From Desulfovibrionaceae bacterium (GTDB lineage Bacteria > Pseudomonadota > Gammaproteobacteria > Burkholderiales > Burkholderiaceae_C), in contig WRJY01000338.1 of NCBI GenBank assembly GCA_009778355.1, positions 1 through 53,155 of the forward strand: DNA of 53,155 nucleotides. Reading direction: 5' to 3'. Below are positions 35,516 through 44,957 of this stretch, one piece after another. Made by a program: the position numbers and the translations under genes. Position 1 is the first letter of the stretch; each line of letters opens with the position of its first letter. The notes under the pieces were generated by a model. The model searched no databases. It saw only the letters and a list, made by a program, of their open reading frames with translations, and was not told the DNA's origin.

Positions 35516-38412
35516 GACCGGGCCGCTTCCGCCTTGGGCTGCCGCGCCTGGGCCAGCAACTGCTTTTGCAACTGGTCGAAGCGGCTGAACTCCTTTTGCC
35601 AGGCCGAAGGCTGGATCACCTTGGCGACCTGCACCGCCGTGACTTTGTATTCGGGGCAGTTGGTGGCCCAGTCGGAGCTGTCGGTGGTGATGACGTTGGC
35701 GCCCGACTCGGGAAAGTGAAAGGTCGTATAGACCACGCCCGGCGCCATGCGGTCGCTGACTTGGGCGCGCAGCACGGTCTCGCCGGCGCGGCTGGCGATG
35801 CCGACCCAGTCGCCGTCGGCAATGCCGCGATCGAGCGCGTCCTGCGGGTGCAACTCCAGCCGGTCCTCGCCGTGCCAGGCGTTGTTGCCGGTGCGCCGCG
35901 TCTGCGCGCCGACGTTGTACTGCGACAGGATGCGGCCCGTGGTCAGCAGCAGCGGGAATTTGCGCGTGACCTTTTCGTCGCTGGGCACGTACTGGGTGAT
36001 GAAGAACTTGCCCTTGCCGCGCACGAAGCGATCGACGTGCATGGTGGGCGTGCCCTCGGGGGCGTCGCCGTTGCAGGGCCATTGCACGCTGCCCAGGGCA
36101 TCGAGCTTGGCATAGCTGAGGCCGGCAAAGGCCGGCGTCAGGGCTGCGATCTCCTCCATGATCTGCGCGGGATGAGCGTAGTTCATGGGATAGCCGAGCG
36201 CGCCGGAGAGTTTGACGGTGATCTCCCAGTCCGCCAGGCCGGCGCGCGGCGGCATGGCCTTGCGCACGCGCGAGACGCGCCGCTCGGCGTTGGTGAACGT
36301 GCCGTCTTTTTCGAGAAAGGACGAACCCGGCAGAAACACGTGGGCGTACTTGGCGGTTTCGTTCAGGAACAAATCCTGCACCACCACGCACTCCATCGCC
36401 GACAGCGCCTGGGCCACGTGCTGGGTGTCGGGGTCCGACTGCACGATGTCCTCGCCCGCGCAGTACAGGCCCATGAAGTCGCCCGAGCGCGCCGCGTCGA
36501 GCATGTTGGAGACGCGAAAACCCGGCTCGGCCTGCAATTGGACGCCCCAGGCGGCCTCGAATTGCGAGCGCACCGTGGCGTCCGAGACATGGCGGTAACC
36601 CGGCAGCTCGTGCGGGAACGAACCCATGTCGCAACTGCCCTGCACATTGTTCTGGCCGCGCATGGGGTTGACGCCAACGCCCTCGCGGCCCACGTTGCCG
36701 GTGGCCATCGCGAGGTTGGCGATGGCCATCACCGCGGTCGAGCCCTGGCTGTGCTCGGTCACGCCGAGGCCGTAGTAGATGGCGCCGTTGGGACGCCTGG
36801 CCGGTGCGGCGCGGCCATCGCTGGCGCCGGTGGCGAAAAGACGCGCCGCAGCGCGCAACTCGGCAGCGGGCACGCCCGTTGCGGCCTCGACAGCCTCGGG
36901 CGCGTTTTCCGCCCGCGCCACGAACGCGCGCCATTGCGCGAACGACGCCGTTTCACAGCGTTCGGCCACGAATTGCTCATCGACCAGCCCCTCGGTCACC
37001 AGCACATGCGCCAGCGCGGTCAGCACCGCCACGTTGGCGCCGGGACGCAGTTGCAGATGGTGCGCCGCCTGGACGTGGGGCGACTTCACGAGCTCGATGC
37101 GCCGCGGGTCGATCACGATCAGTTTCGCGCCCTGGCGCAGGCGCTTTTTCAGGCGCGAGCCGAACACCGGGTGGGCATCGGTCGGGTTGGCGCCGATGAG
37201 TATCACCACGTCGGCCTTCTCCACCGACTTGAAGTTCTGGGTGCCCGCCGATTCGCCCAGCGTTTGCTTCAGGCCGTAGCCGGTGGGCGAATGGCAGACA
37301 CGGGCGCAGTTGTCCACGTTGTTGTTGCCGAAAGCCGTGCGCACCATCTTTTGAACCAGATAGCACTCTTCGTTGGTGCAACGCGAAGACACCAGCGCGC
37401 CCACCGAGTCGCGCCCGTGTCTGGCCTGGATGCGCCTGAACTCGGCGGCGGCGTGGCCGATGGCCTCGTCCCAGCTCACCTCCCGCCAGGGGTCGGTGAT
37501 CTTCTGGCGGATCATGGGCTTGAGGATGCGATCCTTGTGCGTCGCATAACCCCACGCGAAGCGGCCCTTGACGCAGGCGTGGCCTTCGTTGGCCTTGCCG
37601 TCCTTCCACGGCGTCATGCGAACGACCTGGCTGCCCTTCATATCGGCCTTGAAGCCGCAGCCCACGCCGCAATAAGCGCAGGTGGTTATCACGCTGTGCT
37701 CGGGCTGGCCCATCTCGATGATGGACTTTTCCCGCAAGCTGGCGGTGGGGCAGGCCTGCACGCAGGCGCCGCAACTGACGCACTCGCTGTCCAGGAACGG
37801 CTGGTTCTGACTGGCCGAAACGCGCGCGCCGAAACCCCGCCCGCCGATGGCGAGCGCGAAAGTTCCCTGCGTTTGCTCGCAGGCGCGCACGCAGCGGCTG
37901 CACACGATGCATTTGGCGGGGTCGTAGGTGAAGTAGGGGTTGGACTCGTCCTTTTTCTCGCACAAGTGGTTGGCGCCGCCAAAGCCGTAACGCACGTCGC
38001 GCAAGCCCGTGACGCCGGCCATGTCCTGCAACTCGCAGTCGCCGTTGGCGGCGCAGGTCAGGCATTCCAGCGGGTGATCGGAGATGTAAAGCTCCATCAC
38101 GCCCTTGCGCAGGTCCTGCAACCTGGGGCTTTGCGTGCGCACCTTCATCCCGGCCTCCGCCGGGGTGGTGCAGGAGGCGGGGTAGCCGCGCCGGCCTTCG
38201 ATTTCAACCAGGCACAGGCGGCAGGAGCCGAACGGCTCCAGGCTGTCGGTGGCGCACAGCTTGGGTACGTTCACGCCGGCTTCGGCCGCGGCGCGCATCA
38301 GCGACGTGCCTTGCGGCACGGTGACGCTGCGGCCATCGATTTCCAGAGTGACCCGCGCCGGGCTTTCTCGCGCCGGGGTGCCGAAGTCGGTTTCGGGGAT
38401 CAGGCGGGACAT
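35512..38412 (-). CDS. fdsA: NAD-linked Mo formate dehydrogenase alpha subunit
   Basis: 2Fe-2S motif LCA...GSCRLC..C; HPLECLTC; two CxxCxxCxxxC; CAYCGVGC; CVKGRF; active site CARVCH (Cys, not Sec); RGQNNVQG; TNCPEYK. Confidence 0.96.
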   Translation of the reverse strand: MSRLIPETDFGTPARESPARVTLEIDGRSVTVPQGTSLMRAAAEAGVNVPKLCATDSLEPFGSCRLCLVEIEGRRGYPASCTTPAEAGMKVRTQSPRLQDLRKGVMELYISDHPLECLTCAANGDCELQDMAGVTGLRDVRYGFGGANHLCEKKDESNPYFTYDPAKCIVCSRCVRACEQTQGTFALAIGGRGFGARVSASQNQPFLDSECVSCGACVQACPTASLREKSIIEMGQPEHSVITTCAYCGVGCGFKADMKGSQVVRMTPWKDGKANEGHACVKGRFAWGYATHKDRILKPMIRQKITDPWREVSWDEAIGHAAAEFRRIQARHGRDSVGALVSSRCTNEECYLVQKMVRTAFGNNNVDNCARVCHSPTGYGLKQTLGESAGTQNFKSVEKADVVILIGANPTDAHPVFGSRLKKRLRQGAKLIVIDPRRIELVKSPHVQAAHHLQLRPGANVAVLTALAHVLVTEGLVDEQFVAERCETASFAQWRAFVARAENAPEAVEAATGVPAAELRAAARLFATGASDGRAAPARRPNGAIYYGLGVTEHSQGSTAVMAIANLAMATGNVGREGVGVNPMRGQNNVQGSCDMGSFPHELPGYRHVSDATVRSQFEAAWGVQLQAEPGFRVSNMLDAARSGDFMGLYCAGEDIVQSDPDTQHVAQALSAMECVVVQDLFLNETAKYAHVFLPGSSFLEKDGTFTNAERRVSRVRKAMPPRAGLADWEITVKLSGALGYPMNYAHPAQIMEEIAALTPAFAGLSYAKLDALGSVQWPCNGDAPEGTPTMHVDRFVRGKGKFFITQYVPSDEKVTRKFPLLLTTGRILSQYNVGAQTRRTGNNAWHGEDRLELHPQDALDRGIADGDWVGIASRAGETVLRAQVSDRMAPGVVYTTFHFPESGANVITTDSSDWATNCPEYKVTAVQVAKVIQPSAWQKEFSRFDQLQKQLLAQARQPKAEAARS

Positions 38413-38537
38413 GGGAGGTCTCCTGTCGTTTTCAGGGATACGGCGCCACCGAACATCAAGGCCCCGGATCGGACAAACCCGGATGCCCGTCTGGCCGCGG
38501 CGGTTCTCGTTGACTCATGGCAACTGGCTCGCGCGCA

Positions 38538-40202
38538 TCAGAAAAAGGCCTTGACGCTGCGCAGTGTCCGGTAAACGCCCCAAATCACCGGAATGCCGAC
38601 CGCGGCCCAGGCCAGCACGACCAGAATCGCCGGCGTGCGCTCGACGCTTTCCGCCTCCACCGGCGCGGCGGCAGCCGTCACGGCGTGTTCGTGGGCCAGA
38701 CGCTTTTCCTCCGCCAGTTCGGCCTCGGTCATGAGGTGCTTGCCGGCCACCGGACGGATCAGCAGGTTGCAAATCAGGCCGACCACCAGCAAGCCGACAA
38801 GGATATACATCGTCTGGTTATATACCTGCTCGCGCGGAAGGCCCATGCCGAGCTGGTAGTCGCGCATGTAGTTCACGACCACCGGGCCGAGGATGCCCGC
38901 GGTGGCCCAGGCCGTCAGCAAGCGGCCATGAATGGCGCCGACCATCTGGGTGCCAAACAGGTCGGCCAGGTACGCCGGCACGGTGGCAAAGCCGCCGCCG
39001 TACATGCTGACGATGATGCACACGGCGGCCACGAACAGCAGCTTGCTTCCAGCGGCGGCGCTGCCCGGCAGACTGGCGTACAACACGCCGCCCAGCACGA
39101 AAAAGACCACGTAGGTGAGCTTGCGCCCCAGCTTGTCCGACAGGCTAGCCCAGACGAAGCGCCCGCCAATATTGAACAGACCCAGCAGCGCCGTGAAACC
39201 CGCCGCCACGCCGGCGATGGCAGTCAATTGCGCCTTGTCGAGTTCGCTGAATTTCTTGCCGACGCCGATCAGGCTGCCGCCAAAGACCTCTTGCAGCATC
39301 GGGCTGGCCATGCCGAGGACGCCGATGCCCGCCGAAACGTTCATGCACAGCACCAGCCACACCAGCCAGAACTGCGGAATGCCCCACACTTTTTGCACAT
39401 GAACGTGGCGCTGCGTAATCATGGCGTTGCCCGCTTGCGCCGCCGTCGGCGCCCAGCCCGCGGGCTTCCAGCCGGCGGGCGGCACGCGGTAGCTCATGGC
39501 GCCGCCCATCATGAAAACGAAGTAGATGAACGCCATCACGACGAAGGTCTGGAACACGCCCACGCTGTCCGGGGCGGCAAAGGTTTTCATCAGGTCGGCG
39601 GCCAGCGGCGAGCCGATCATCGCGCCGCCGCCAAAGCCCATGATCGCCATGCCAGTCGCCATGCCGCGCTTGTCCGGAAACCACTTGATGAGCGTGCTGA
39701 CCGGGGAGATATAGCCCAAACCCAGGCCGATGCCGCCGATCACGCCGGAGCCGATCAGCATCAGCCAGAACTGGTGCAACTGGATGCCCAGCGCCGAGAT
39801 CAACATGCCGCCGCACCAGCACACCGCGCTGACCACGCCGGCCTTGCGCGGGCCGGCGCGTTCCAGCCAGCCGCCCCAGATGGCCGCCGAACTGCCCAGC
39901 AGCACGAAAAACAGCGTGTACATCCAGCCGAGGGTGGAGATTTTCCAGTCGCAGTCGGTGACGAACAGTTCCTGAAGAAAGCCAACGTCGGCGCTGCATT
40001 TGAGCGGGTCCTTGATGCCGATGGCCCTGGACAGCGGCAACCAGAACACCGAGAAGCCATAGGCCATGCCAATGCACAGGTGGATGGCCAGTGCGGCGGG
40101 CGGAACCAGCCAGCGATTGAAGCCGGGGCCGGCAATGGTCCGCTCCCTGGAAAGCAGGCTGGTTTCCAGAGAATCGCCGTGGAGGGTTGTCGAATCAGGC
40201 AT
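38538..40202 (-). CDS. OFA-family (oxalate/formate antiporter-like) MFS transporter
   Basis: ATG 40202 with GGAG RBS; RWLVPPAALAIHLCIGMAYGFSVFW, GLGYISPVSTLIKWFPD..G.ATG.A..GFGGG and YGGGFATVPAY.ADLFG. Confidence 0.9.
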   Translation of the reverse strand: MPDSTTLHGDSLETSLLSRERTIAGPGFNRWLVPPAALAIHLCIGMAYGFSVFWLPLSRAIGIKDPLKCSADVGFLQELFVTDCDWKISTLGWMYTLFFVLLGSSAAIWGGWLERAGPRKAGVVSAVCWCGGMLISALGIQLHQFWLMLIGSGVIGGIGLGLGYISPVSTLIKWFPDKRGMATGMAIMGFGGGAMIGSPLAADLMKTFAAPDSVGVFQTFVVMAFIYFVFMMGGAMSYRVPPAGWKPAGWAPTAAQAGNAMITQRHVHVQKVWGIPQFWLVWLVLCMNVSAGIGVLGMASPMLQEVFGGSLIGVGKKFSELDKAQLTAIAGVAAGFTALLGLFNIGGRFVWASLSDKLGRKLTYVVFFVLGGVLYASLPGSAAAGSKLLFVAAVCIIVSMYGGGFATVPAYLADLFGTQMVGAIHGRLLTAWATAGILGPVVVNYMRDYQLGMGLPREQVYNQTMYILVGLLVVGLICNLLIRPVAGKHLMTEAELAEEKRLAHEHAVTAAAAPVEAESVERTPAILVVLAWAAVGIPVIWGVYRTLRSVKAFF

Positions 40203-40279
40203 GTAGTCTCCGTTGTTGTCGGGATGAAATCGGGCAATACCGTGCTCAAGATTACAGCATGGGCGGCGGCCTCCTGTGT

Positions 40280-41833
40280 TCAAGCGGCTTGGCGCTGCGG
40301 CGCTTCGATGCCGAAATCCGCCGGGTAATGGTTCAGGGCCGAGAGCACCGGATACGGCGTCATCGCGCCCATCGCGCACAGCGAGCCGTGCAGCATGGTG
40401 TCGCACAGATCGCGCAGCAGAATCACCTGCGCGGCGCGGTCGCCGCCGGCGCGGATCCGGTCGATGACCTCCACGCCGCGCACCGAGCCGATGCGGCACG
40501 GCGTGCACTTGCCGCAGGACTCCTGCGCGCAGAACGCCATTGCGTGGCGCGCCAGCCGGGCCAGATTGGCCGTGTCGTCGTGAACCACGATGCCGCCGTG
40601 GCCGATTGCCGCGCCGATCGCGGCGTAGGCTTCGTAGTCCAGCGGAACGTCCCACTGCGATTCGGGCACGTAAGCGCCCAGCGGCCCGCCGACCTGCACC
40701 GCCTTGATCGGGCGGCCCGAGGCGCTGCCGCCGCCAAAGCCGTACAGCAGCTCGCGCAGCGTCACGCCGAAGGCTTTTTCCACCAGGCCGCCGCGCAAAA
40801 TGTTGCCGGCCAATTGAATCGGCAGCGTGCCGCGCGAGCGGCCCATGCCGTAATCGCGGTAAAAATCAGCGCCATTGACCAGGATCGATGGCACGCTTGC
40901 AAAGCTGATGACGTTGTTGATCACGGTCGGCTGGCCGAACAGGCCCTGCACGGCCGGCAGCGGCGGCTTGGCGCGCACGATGCCGCGCCGGCCCTCGATG
41001 CTTTCGAGCATCGCCGTTTCCTCGCCGCAGATGTAGGCGCCGGCGGCCTTGCGCACTTCGAGCGCGAAGGCCTGGCCGCTGCCGAGCGCGTCGGCGCCGA
41101 GAAAGCCGGCCTGCCCGGCCAGCTCGATGGCCTCGCGCATGGTGGCGATGGCGTGCGGGTACTCGGCGCGGATGTAGACGTAGCCGCGCGTGGCGCCGGT
41201 CGCCAGCGCGGCAATGGTCATGCCTTCGATCAGCAGGTAGGGGTCGCCCTCCATCACCATGCGGTCGGCGTAAGCGCCGGAGTCGCCCTCGTCGGCGTTG
41301 CACACCACGTATTTCTGCGGTGCCTGCGCGTCGTGCACGGTTTTCCACTTGATGCCGGTGGGAAACGCCGCGCCGCCGCGGCCGCGCAGGCCCGAGTCGA
41401 GCACCGTTTGCACGATCGCCGCCGGCGCCAGCCGCGCCGCCTGCCGCAAGCCCTCGAAGCCGCCGTGCGCAAGGTAGTCGGCGAGCGACAGCGGCCGCGT
41501 CACGCCCATGCGGGCGAAAACCAGGCGCTCCTGTCTGGCGAGATAGGGTATCTCGCTGACCAGGCCCTGGCACAGCGGATGGCTCTTGCCGTCCAGCGCG
41601 CCGGCGGCCAGCAGACCGGGCACGTCGCGCGCCGTCACCGGCCCGTAGCCCATGCGACCGGCCGGCGTGTCGATTTCGACCAAGGGTTCGAGCCAGAACA
41701 GGCCCCGGGAGCTGTTGCGGCGCAGGTCGATGGCCAGGCCGGCGCGGGCGCATTCGGTTTGCAGCAGCTCGGCCACCTCGTCGGCGCCGGCAGCCAGCGC
41801 CGCCGAATCGCAAGGCACGTGGACGGCGATCAT
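40280..41833 (-). CDS. fdsB: Formate dehydrogenase beta (NuoF-like, FMN/NADH-binding) subunit
   Basis: ATG 41833; SSRGLFWLEPLVE, SGLRGRGGAAFPTG.KW, CNADEGD, GAYICGEET, ESCGKCTPCR.G and SLCAMG. Confidence 0.95.
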   Translation of the reverse strand: MIAVHVPCDSAALAAGADEVAELLQTECARAGLAIDLRRNSSRGLFWLEPLVEIDTPAGRMGYGPVTARDVPGLLAAGALDGKSHPLCQGLVSEIPYLARQERLVFARMGVTRPLSLADYLAHGGFEGLRQAARLAPAAIVQTVLDSGLRGRGGAAFPTGIKWKTVHDAQAPQKYVVCNADEGDSGAYADRMVMEGDPYLLIEGMTIAALATGATRGYVYIRAEYPHAIATMREAIELAGQAGFLGADALGSGQAFALEVRKAAGAYICGEETAMLESIEGRRGIVRAKPPLPAVQGLFGQPTVINNVISFASVPSILVNGADFYRDYGMGRSRGTLPIQLAGNILRGGLVEKAFGVTLRELLYGFGGGSASGRPIKAVQVGGPLGAYVPESQWDVPLDYEAYAAIGAAIGHGGIVVHDDTANLARLARHAMAFCAQESCGKCTPCRIGSVRGVEVIDRIRAGGDRAAQVILLRDLCDTMLHGSLCAMGAMTPYPVLSALNHYPADFGIEAPQRQAA

Positions 41834-42291
41834 GCGGGCTCCAGCAAGCGATCGGCCAGTTGGTCGAACCGCTCGGGCGTCACGCGGGCGTGCGGGCGTT
41901 CGTCCACCGCGATGGCCGGGCCGCTCGCGCACAGACCCAGGCAGAACACGGGCTCCAGCGAGACGGCGCCATTGGCCGTAGTGCCGTGCTGCGCGCAGCC
42001 CAGGCGCTGCTCGGCGTGCGCCATCAGGGCGTCGCCGCCCACGGCCTGACAGGCTTCGGCGCGGCACACCCTGACCGTGTGCCGCCCCGGCGGGGCGGTG
42101 CGCAAGAGGGGGTAGCCGGTCAACACGCCATGCACTTCGGCGCGCGAAAGGTTCAGCGCGCCGGCAATCGCCGGCACGGCTTCGGGCGGAATGTATCCAA
42201 GGGCGTCCTGGACATCGTGCAGGATCGGCAGCAAGCCGCCTGGCGCGCCGGCATGACGCCGAATTGCCGCGTCGATCAGTTGTTGGCTCAT
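41830..42291 (-). CDS. fdsG: Formate dehydrogenase gamma (NuoE-like 2Fe-2S) subunit
   Basis: ATG 42291; LLPILH.VQ..LGYIP, LNLSRAEVHGV, CRAEAC and CLGLC..GP. Confidence 0.93.
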   Translation of the reverse strand: MSQQLIDAAIRRHAGAPGGLLPILHDVQDALGYIPPEAVPAIAGALNLSRAEVHGVLTGYPLLRTAPPGRHTVRVCRAEACQAVGGDALMAHAEQRLGCAQHGTTANGAVSLEPVFCLGLCASGPAIAVDERPHARVTPERFDQLADRLLEPA

Positions 42292-42411
42292 TTCAATTGT
42301 TCCCGTGGAGGAAGCCGCTCTACGCAATTGGTGACCACGATAACCGATAACCTGGGAGCCAAGCCGGCTGGATGCAACCTGGAAACGGCGGTTGCCGCCT
42401 GTATCACTGAC

Positions 42412-42447
42412 TTTCATGACGCGGGGATGGACCGCCGCGTCATGAAA
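42412..42447. terminator. Perfect 13-bp inverted repeat just downstream of fae (mRNA stem-loop or terminator)
   Basis: tttcatgacgcgg-N10-ccgcgtcatgaaa, 10 nt after the fae stop; no U-tract on the - strand. Confidence 0.55.
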
Positions 42448-42457
42448 CACGGCGGCA

Positions 42458-42967
42458 TCAATGCGCGGCAAACGGATGCGCGGCACTGCCCTTCCTGGCC
42501 AGCACTTCGGCTGCCGTGGGCGAGCCCGTGACGGCGCGCTCGATCGCTTCACGGGTGGCGCGGTAGTTGTAGTCCTGGATCTTCTGGTCGTCTTCGGCCA
42601 GCCAGTGGATGAACACGCCGACGGAGATGAACAGGTTGTCCGCTTCGCTGGCGGGAATGACGCCCGCTTCCACGCTGTCGGCGACCGCCATGGCCACGGC
42701 GCGCTGCGCCGGGCCGAACATCTGCACGGCCTGCTTGGCGCCCTTGATGGTCACTTTGTTGAACATCACGGTCGATGGTTTGGTCAGCAGATTGGGCGCC
42801 ACCACGGCCAGCAGCGATGTGAAGCCGTCCTTGTTGTTGGTCAACGCATTGGCGAAAGCGGTTTCGGCGGCGCTGCCGCGCGGGCCGATGATTAAATCGA
42901 TATGCGCTACTTCGTTGCCATCGCCAACGAGCGATTCACCCACCATCAGTCGATCTATTTTTGCCAT
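42458..42967 (-). CDS. fae: Formaldehyde-activating enzyme
   Basis: [39 protein letters not shown] and YNY.AT; AAGGAG RBS. Confidence 0.96.
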   Translation of the reverse strand: MAKIDRLMVGESLVGDGNEVAHIDLIIGPRGSAAETAFANALTNNKDGFTSLLAVVAPNLLTKPSTVMFNKVTIKGAKQAVQMFGPAQRAVAMAVADSVEAGVIPASEADNLFISVGVFIHWLAEDDQKIQDYNYRATREAIERAVTGSPTAAEVLARKGSAAHPFAAH

Positions 42968-43050
42968 GTTCGGAGTCTCCTTGTCAGAGGTCTGAAAAAG
43001 TAAAAGGACATTGCATCACCGGCCAGAACGGCCAGGCAAAAGATTGGCTA

Positions 43051-43974
43051 TCACGATTCGTGCCAGCGGCCCTTCGACTCGCGCGCCGCCGCGCCGCGCG
43101 CGCCCAGGCAGCCCGACAGCCACAGCGCCGCCACGGTGAAGTCGGCGCTGGTGCCCGGATTGATGCGCGCGGCCTTCAAGGAACGATCCCAGGCGCAAAA
43201 AGCCGGATCGGCATCGAGCGCGAGCGCTGGATCGGCCTCGGCGCGCCTGCGCCAGTTTTGCGCCGCCCTCATGACAGTGTGTGCCACGCCTTCGCCGTGT
43301 TTTCTAACAATGTGTGAATCTGGAAAAGCGCTCAGGCACGCCAGGTAAAGCCGCTGAACCGCGGCGGTGGCGGCGGCATCGGGCGGCGCGTTGCTGGCCA
43401 TCACGGCGGCGGGCGCCAACCGCGCCAAGGCCCACAGGTCTGCGAAACCGTCACGGTATTGACGCGCTATGGCGTCGCGCTGCGCGGCCAGCGTCATGGC
43501 GGCGCGCAGATCGATGCCGGGGGCCTGGCGAACATCGCCGTCCGGCACGCTGCCCAGACCGCCTGGATTGGCGCGGACGATGGCGCGGTACGCGGCCCGG
43601 GCGTCACCGGCATCGAGGCCGGCCAGTTCCGATTCGATCGCCGCCTGCAACGCCAGCGCCGATGCGGCATCGGCGCAATGCTCGATGGCGCGCGCGATGG
43701 GCGCGCACAGCAGCACGATGCCAAGGTTCGTATTGCATCCCACCGCGGACCAGGTGGCGGCCACGGCGGCCTCGATGCGCACGCCAACGCGCGCGCCGGG
43801 CTCGAACAGAGCGCCCGCCGCGGCCTGTGCGCTGGCGATGAACATCGACGCCTTCATACCGTGTCCCGGCGCGGTCTGGCTGACGTTGCCCGGTTTGCGA
43901 ACGGCCACGTCGAGCCAGCACGCGCGCAGGAAGCACGCCCGGGCGTGATCGATGACTGCCTGCCGCCCGCTCAT
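43051..43974 (-). CDS. CitG-family triphosphoribosyl-dephospho-CoA synthase-like protein (Orf7)
   Basis: ATG 43974; AC.LDV...KPGNV, NTNLGI.LL..P, A.PGGLG, PDSHI.RK.G and INPGTSAD. Confidence 0.88.
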   Translation of the reverse strand: MSGRQAVIDHARACFLRACWLDVAVRKPGNVSQTAPGHGMKASMFIASAQAAAGALFEPGARVGVRIEAAVAATWSAVGCNTNLGIVLLCAPIARAIEHCADAASALALQAAIESELAGLDAGDARAAYRAIVRANPGGLGSVPDGDVRQAPGIDLRAAMTLAAQRDAIARQYRDGFADLWALARLAPAAVMASNAPPDAAATAAVQRLYLACLSAFPDSHIVRKHGEGVAHTVMRAAQNWRRRAEADPALALDADPAFCAWDRSLKAARINPGTSADFTVAALWLSGCLGARGAAARESKGRWHES

Positions 43975-43978
43975 GAAC

Positions 43979-44926
43979 TCACCGGGCGCGCCGGGCCGCC
44001 AGCGGCGGACGCGAGGCGGCCCCCATCTTGCGATCGAGCAGGTCATCGACGATGGCGCGGGCGATGTTGAATCCCGTGACCCGTTGCAGCCCCTGCCAGG
44101 CCGCAACGCCATTGACCTCCAGCACCTGAATCGGCGGGCCATGGGCAGCGGCGATGAGGTCCACGCCCGCATAGTCCATGCCCAGGCACTGCGCGGCGCC
44201 TTCGGCCAGGCGCGTCAGACCGGGCTGCAACCGCGCCGGCTCGCACCGCGCGCCCTGGGCCATGTTGTGAACCCAATGCGCGCTCACGCGGCGCATGGCG
44301 GCCACGGCGCGCCCGCCCACGACCAGCACGCGCCAGTCGAAGCCGGGCGCGCTGACGGGCGGCACGAACCGCTGCAGATAAGCCAGGCCAGCGTAATCGG
44401 GTTCGATGTCGGGAATCGGGTGCCGCACGCCATCGACCTCGCCCACGAGTCGCAGATGCTTGCCTTGCGAGCCAAAAAGCGGCTTGAGCACCAGCGCATG
44501 ACCGGCTGCCATTTCGCGCATCGCGATGCGCCGCAGTTGGGCGGGTGATTCCGTGGCCCAGGTGGCGGGCGCGGCGATGCGCGCGGCATGGAGCAGGAGA
44601 CTGGTCATGGATTTGTCCACCGACCGCTCGATGGCGCGCGCGTCGTTGTAGACCGGCACGCCCAGCTCGCGCAAGGCATGCAACACGCCCAGGCGCTTGG
44701 TCACCTGCTCGAAGCTGCCGCCGGCCAGCCCGCGCACGATGACCGCGTCGGGCAACTCGCGTCCATGACCGGGAATGACCAGACCGTGCCAGCTCGCCGT
44801 GGTGTCGATGCCGCAGGCCGCCAGATCGACGCAGCGCCCCACCGCCCCGCGCGCGCGCAAGGCCGCTTGCAACTGGCGCGTGTGCCAGCCGGTTTCGTCG
44901 GTCATGATGGCTATTCGCAGCGCCAT
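43979..44926 (-). CDS. RimK-like ATP-grasp glutamate ligase (Orf5/MyfA, methylofuran polyglutamylation)
   Basis: ATG 44926; GSFEQVT.RL.VL, IERSVDKSMTS, KPLFGSQG, YLQRF, DWRV.V, N.AQG, YAGVDL and LEVN. Confidence 0.88.
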   Translation of the reverse strand: MALRIAIMTDETGWHTRQLQAALRARGAVGRCVDLAACGIDTTASWHGLVIPGHGRELPDAVIVRGLAGGSFEQVTKRLGVLHALRELGVPVYNDARAIERSVDKSMTSLLLHAARIAAPATWATESPAQLRRIAMREMAAGHALVLKPLFGSQGKHLRLVGEVDGVRHPIPDIEPDYAGLAYLQRFVPPVSAPGFDWRVLVVGGRAVAAMRRVSAHWVHNMAQGARCEPARLQPGLTRLAEGAAQCLGMDYAGVDLIAAAHGPPIQVLEVNGVAAWQGLQRVTGFNIARAIVDDLLDRKMGAASRPPLAARRAR

Positions 44927-44957
44927 GGGTTCACCCGTACTCTTTATTTTTTCATCG

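Noticed and set aside
34574-36934. Apparent 786-aa FdhD, and similar N-terminally inflated ORFs (7875-9797, 11004-12527, 26036-27499, 38538-40655)
   Set aside because: The extensions are Arg/Ala/Pro-rich off-frame readings overlapping real genes; coupled or RBS-supported internal starts explain them. They are not fusions.
37270-37330. Selenocysteine or recoding in FdsA
   Set aside because: The active site reads CARVCH in an uninterrupted frame, with no in-frame TGA.
35566-38574. 1002-aa + strand ORF and other long antisense ORFs (e.g. 20415-22445, 27299-29350, 38517-40328, 40187-42049)
   Set aside because: These are shadows of well-supported genes on the opposite strand, expected in high-GC DNA, and carry no recognisable motifs.
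43051-43974. Citrate lyase or malonate decarboxylase system suggested by the CitG-like gene
   Set aside because: No cit or mdc genes are present; it occupies the standard Orf7 position between orf5 and fae.
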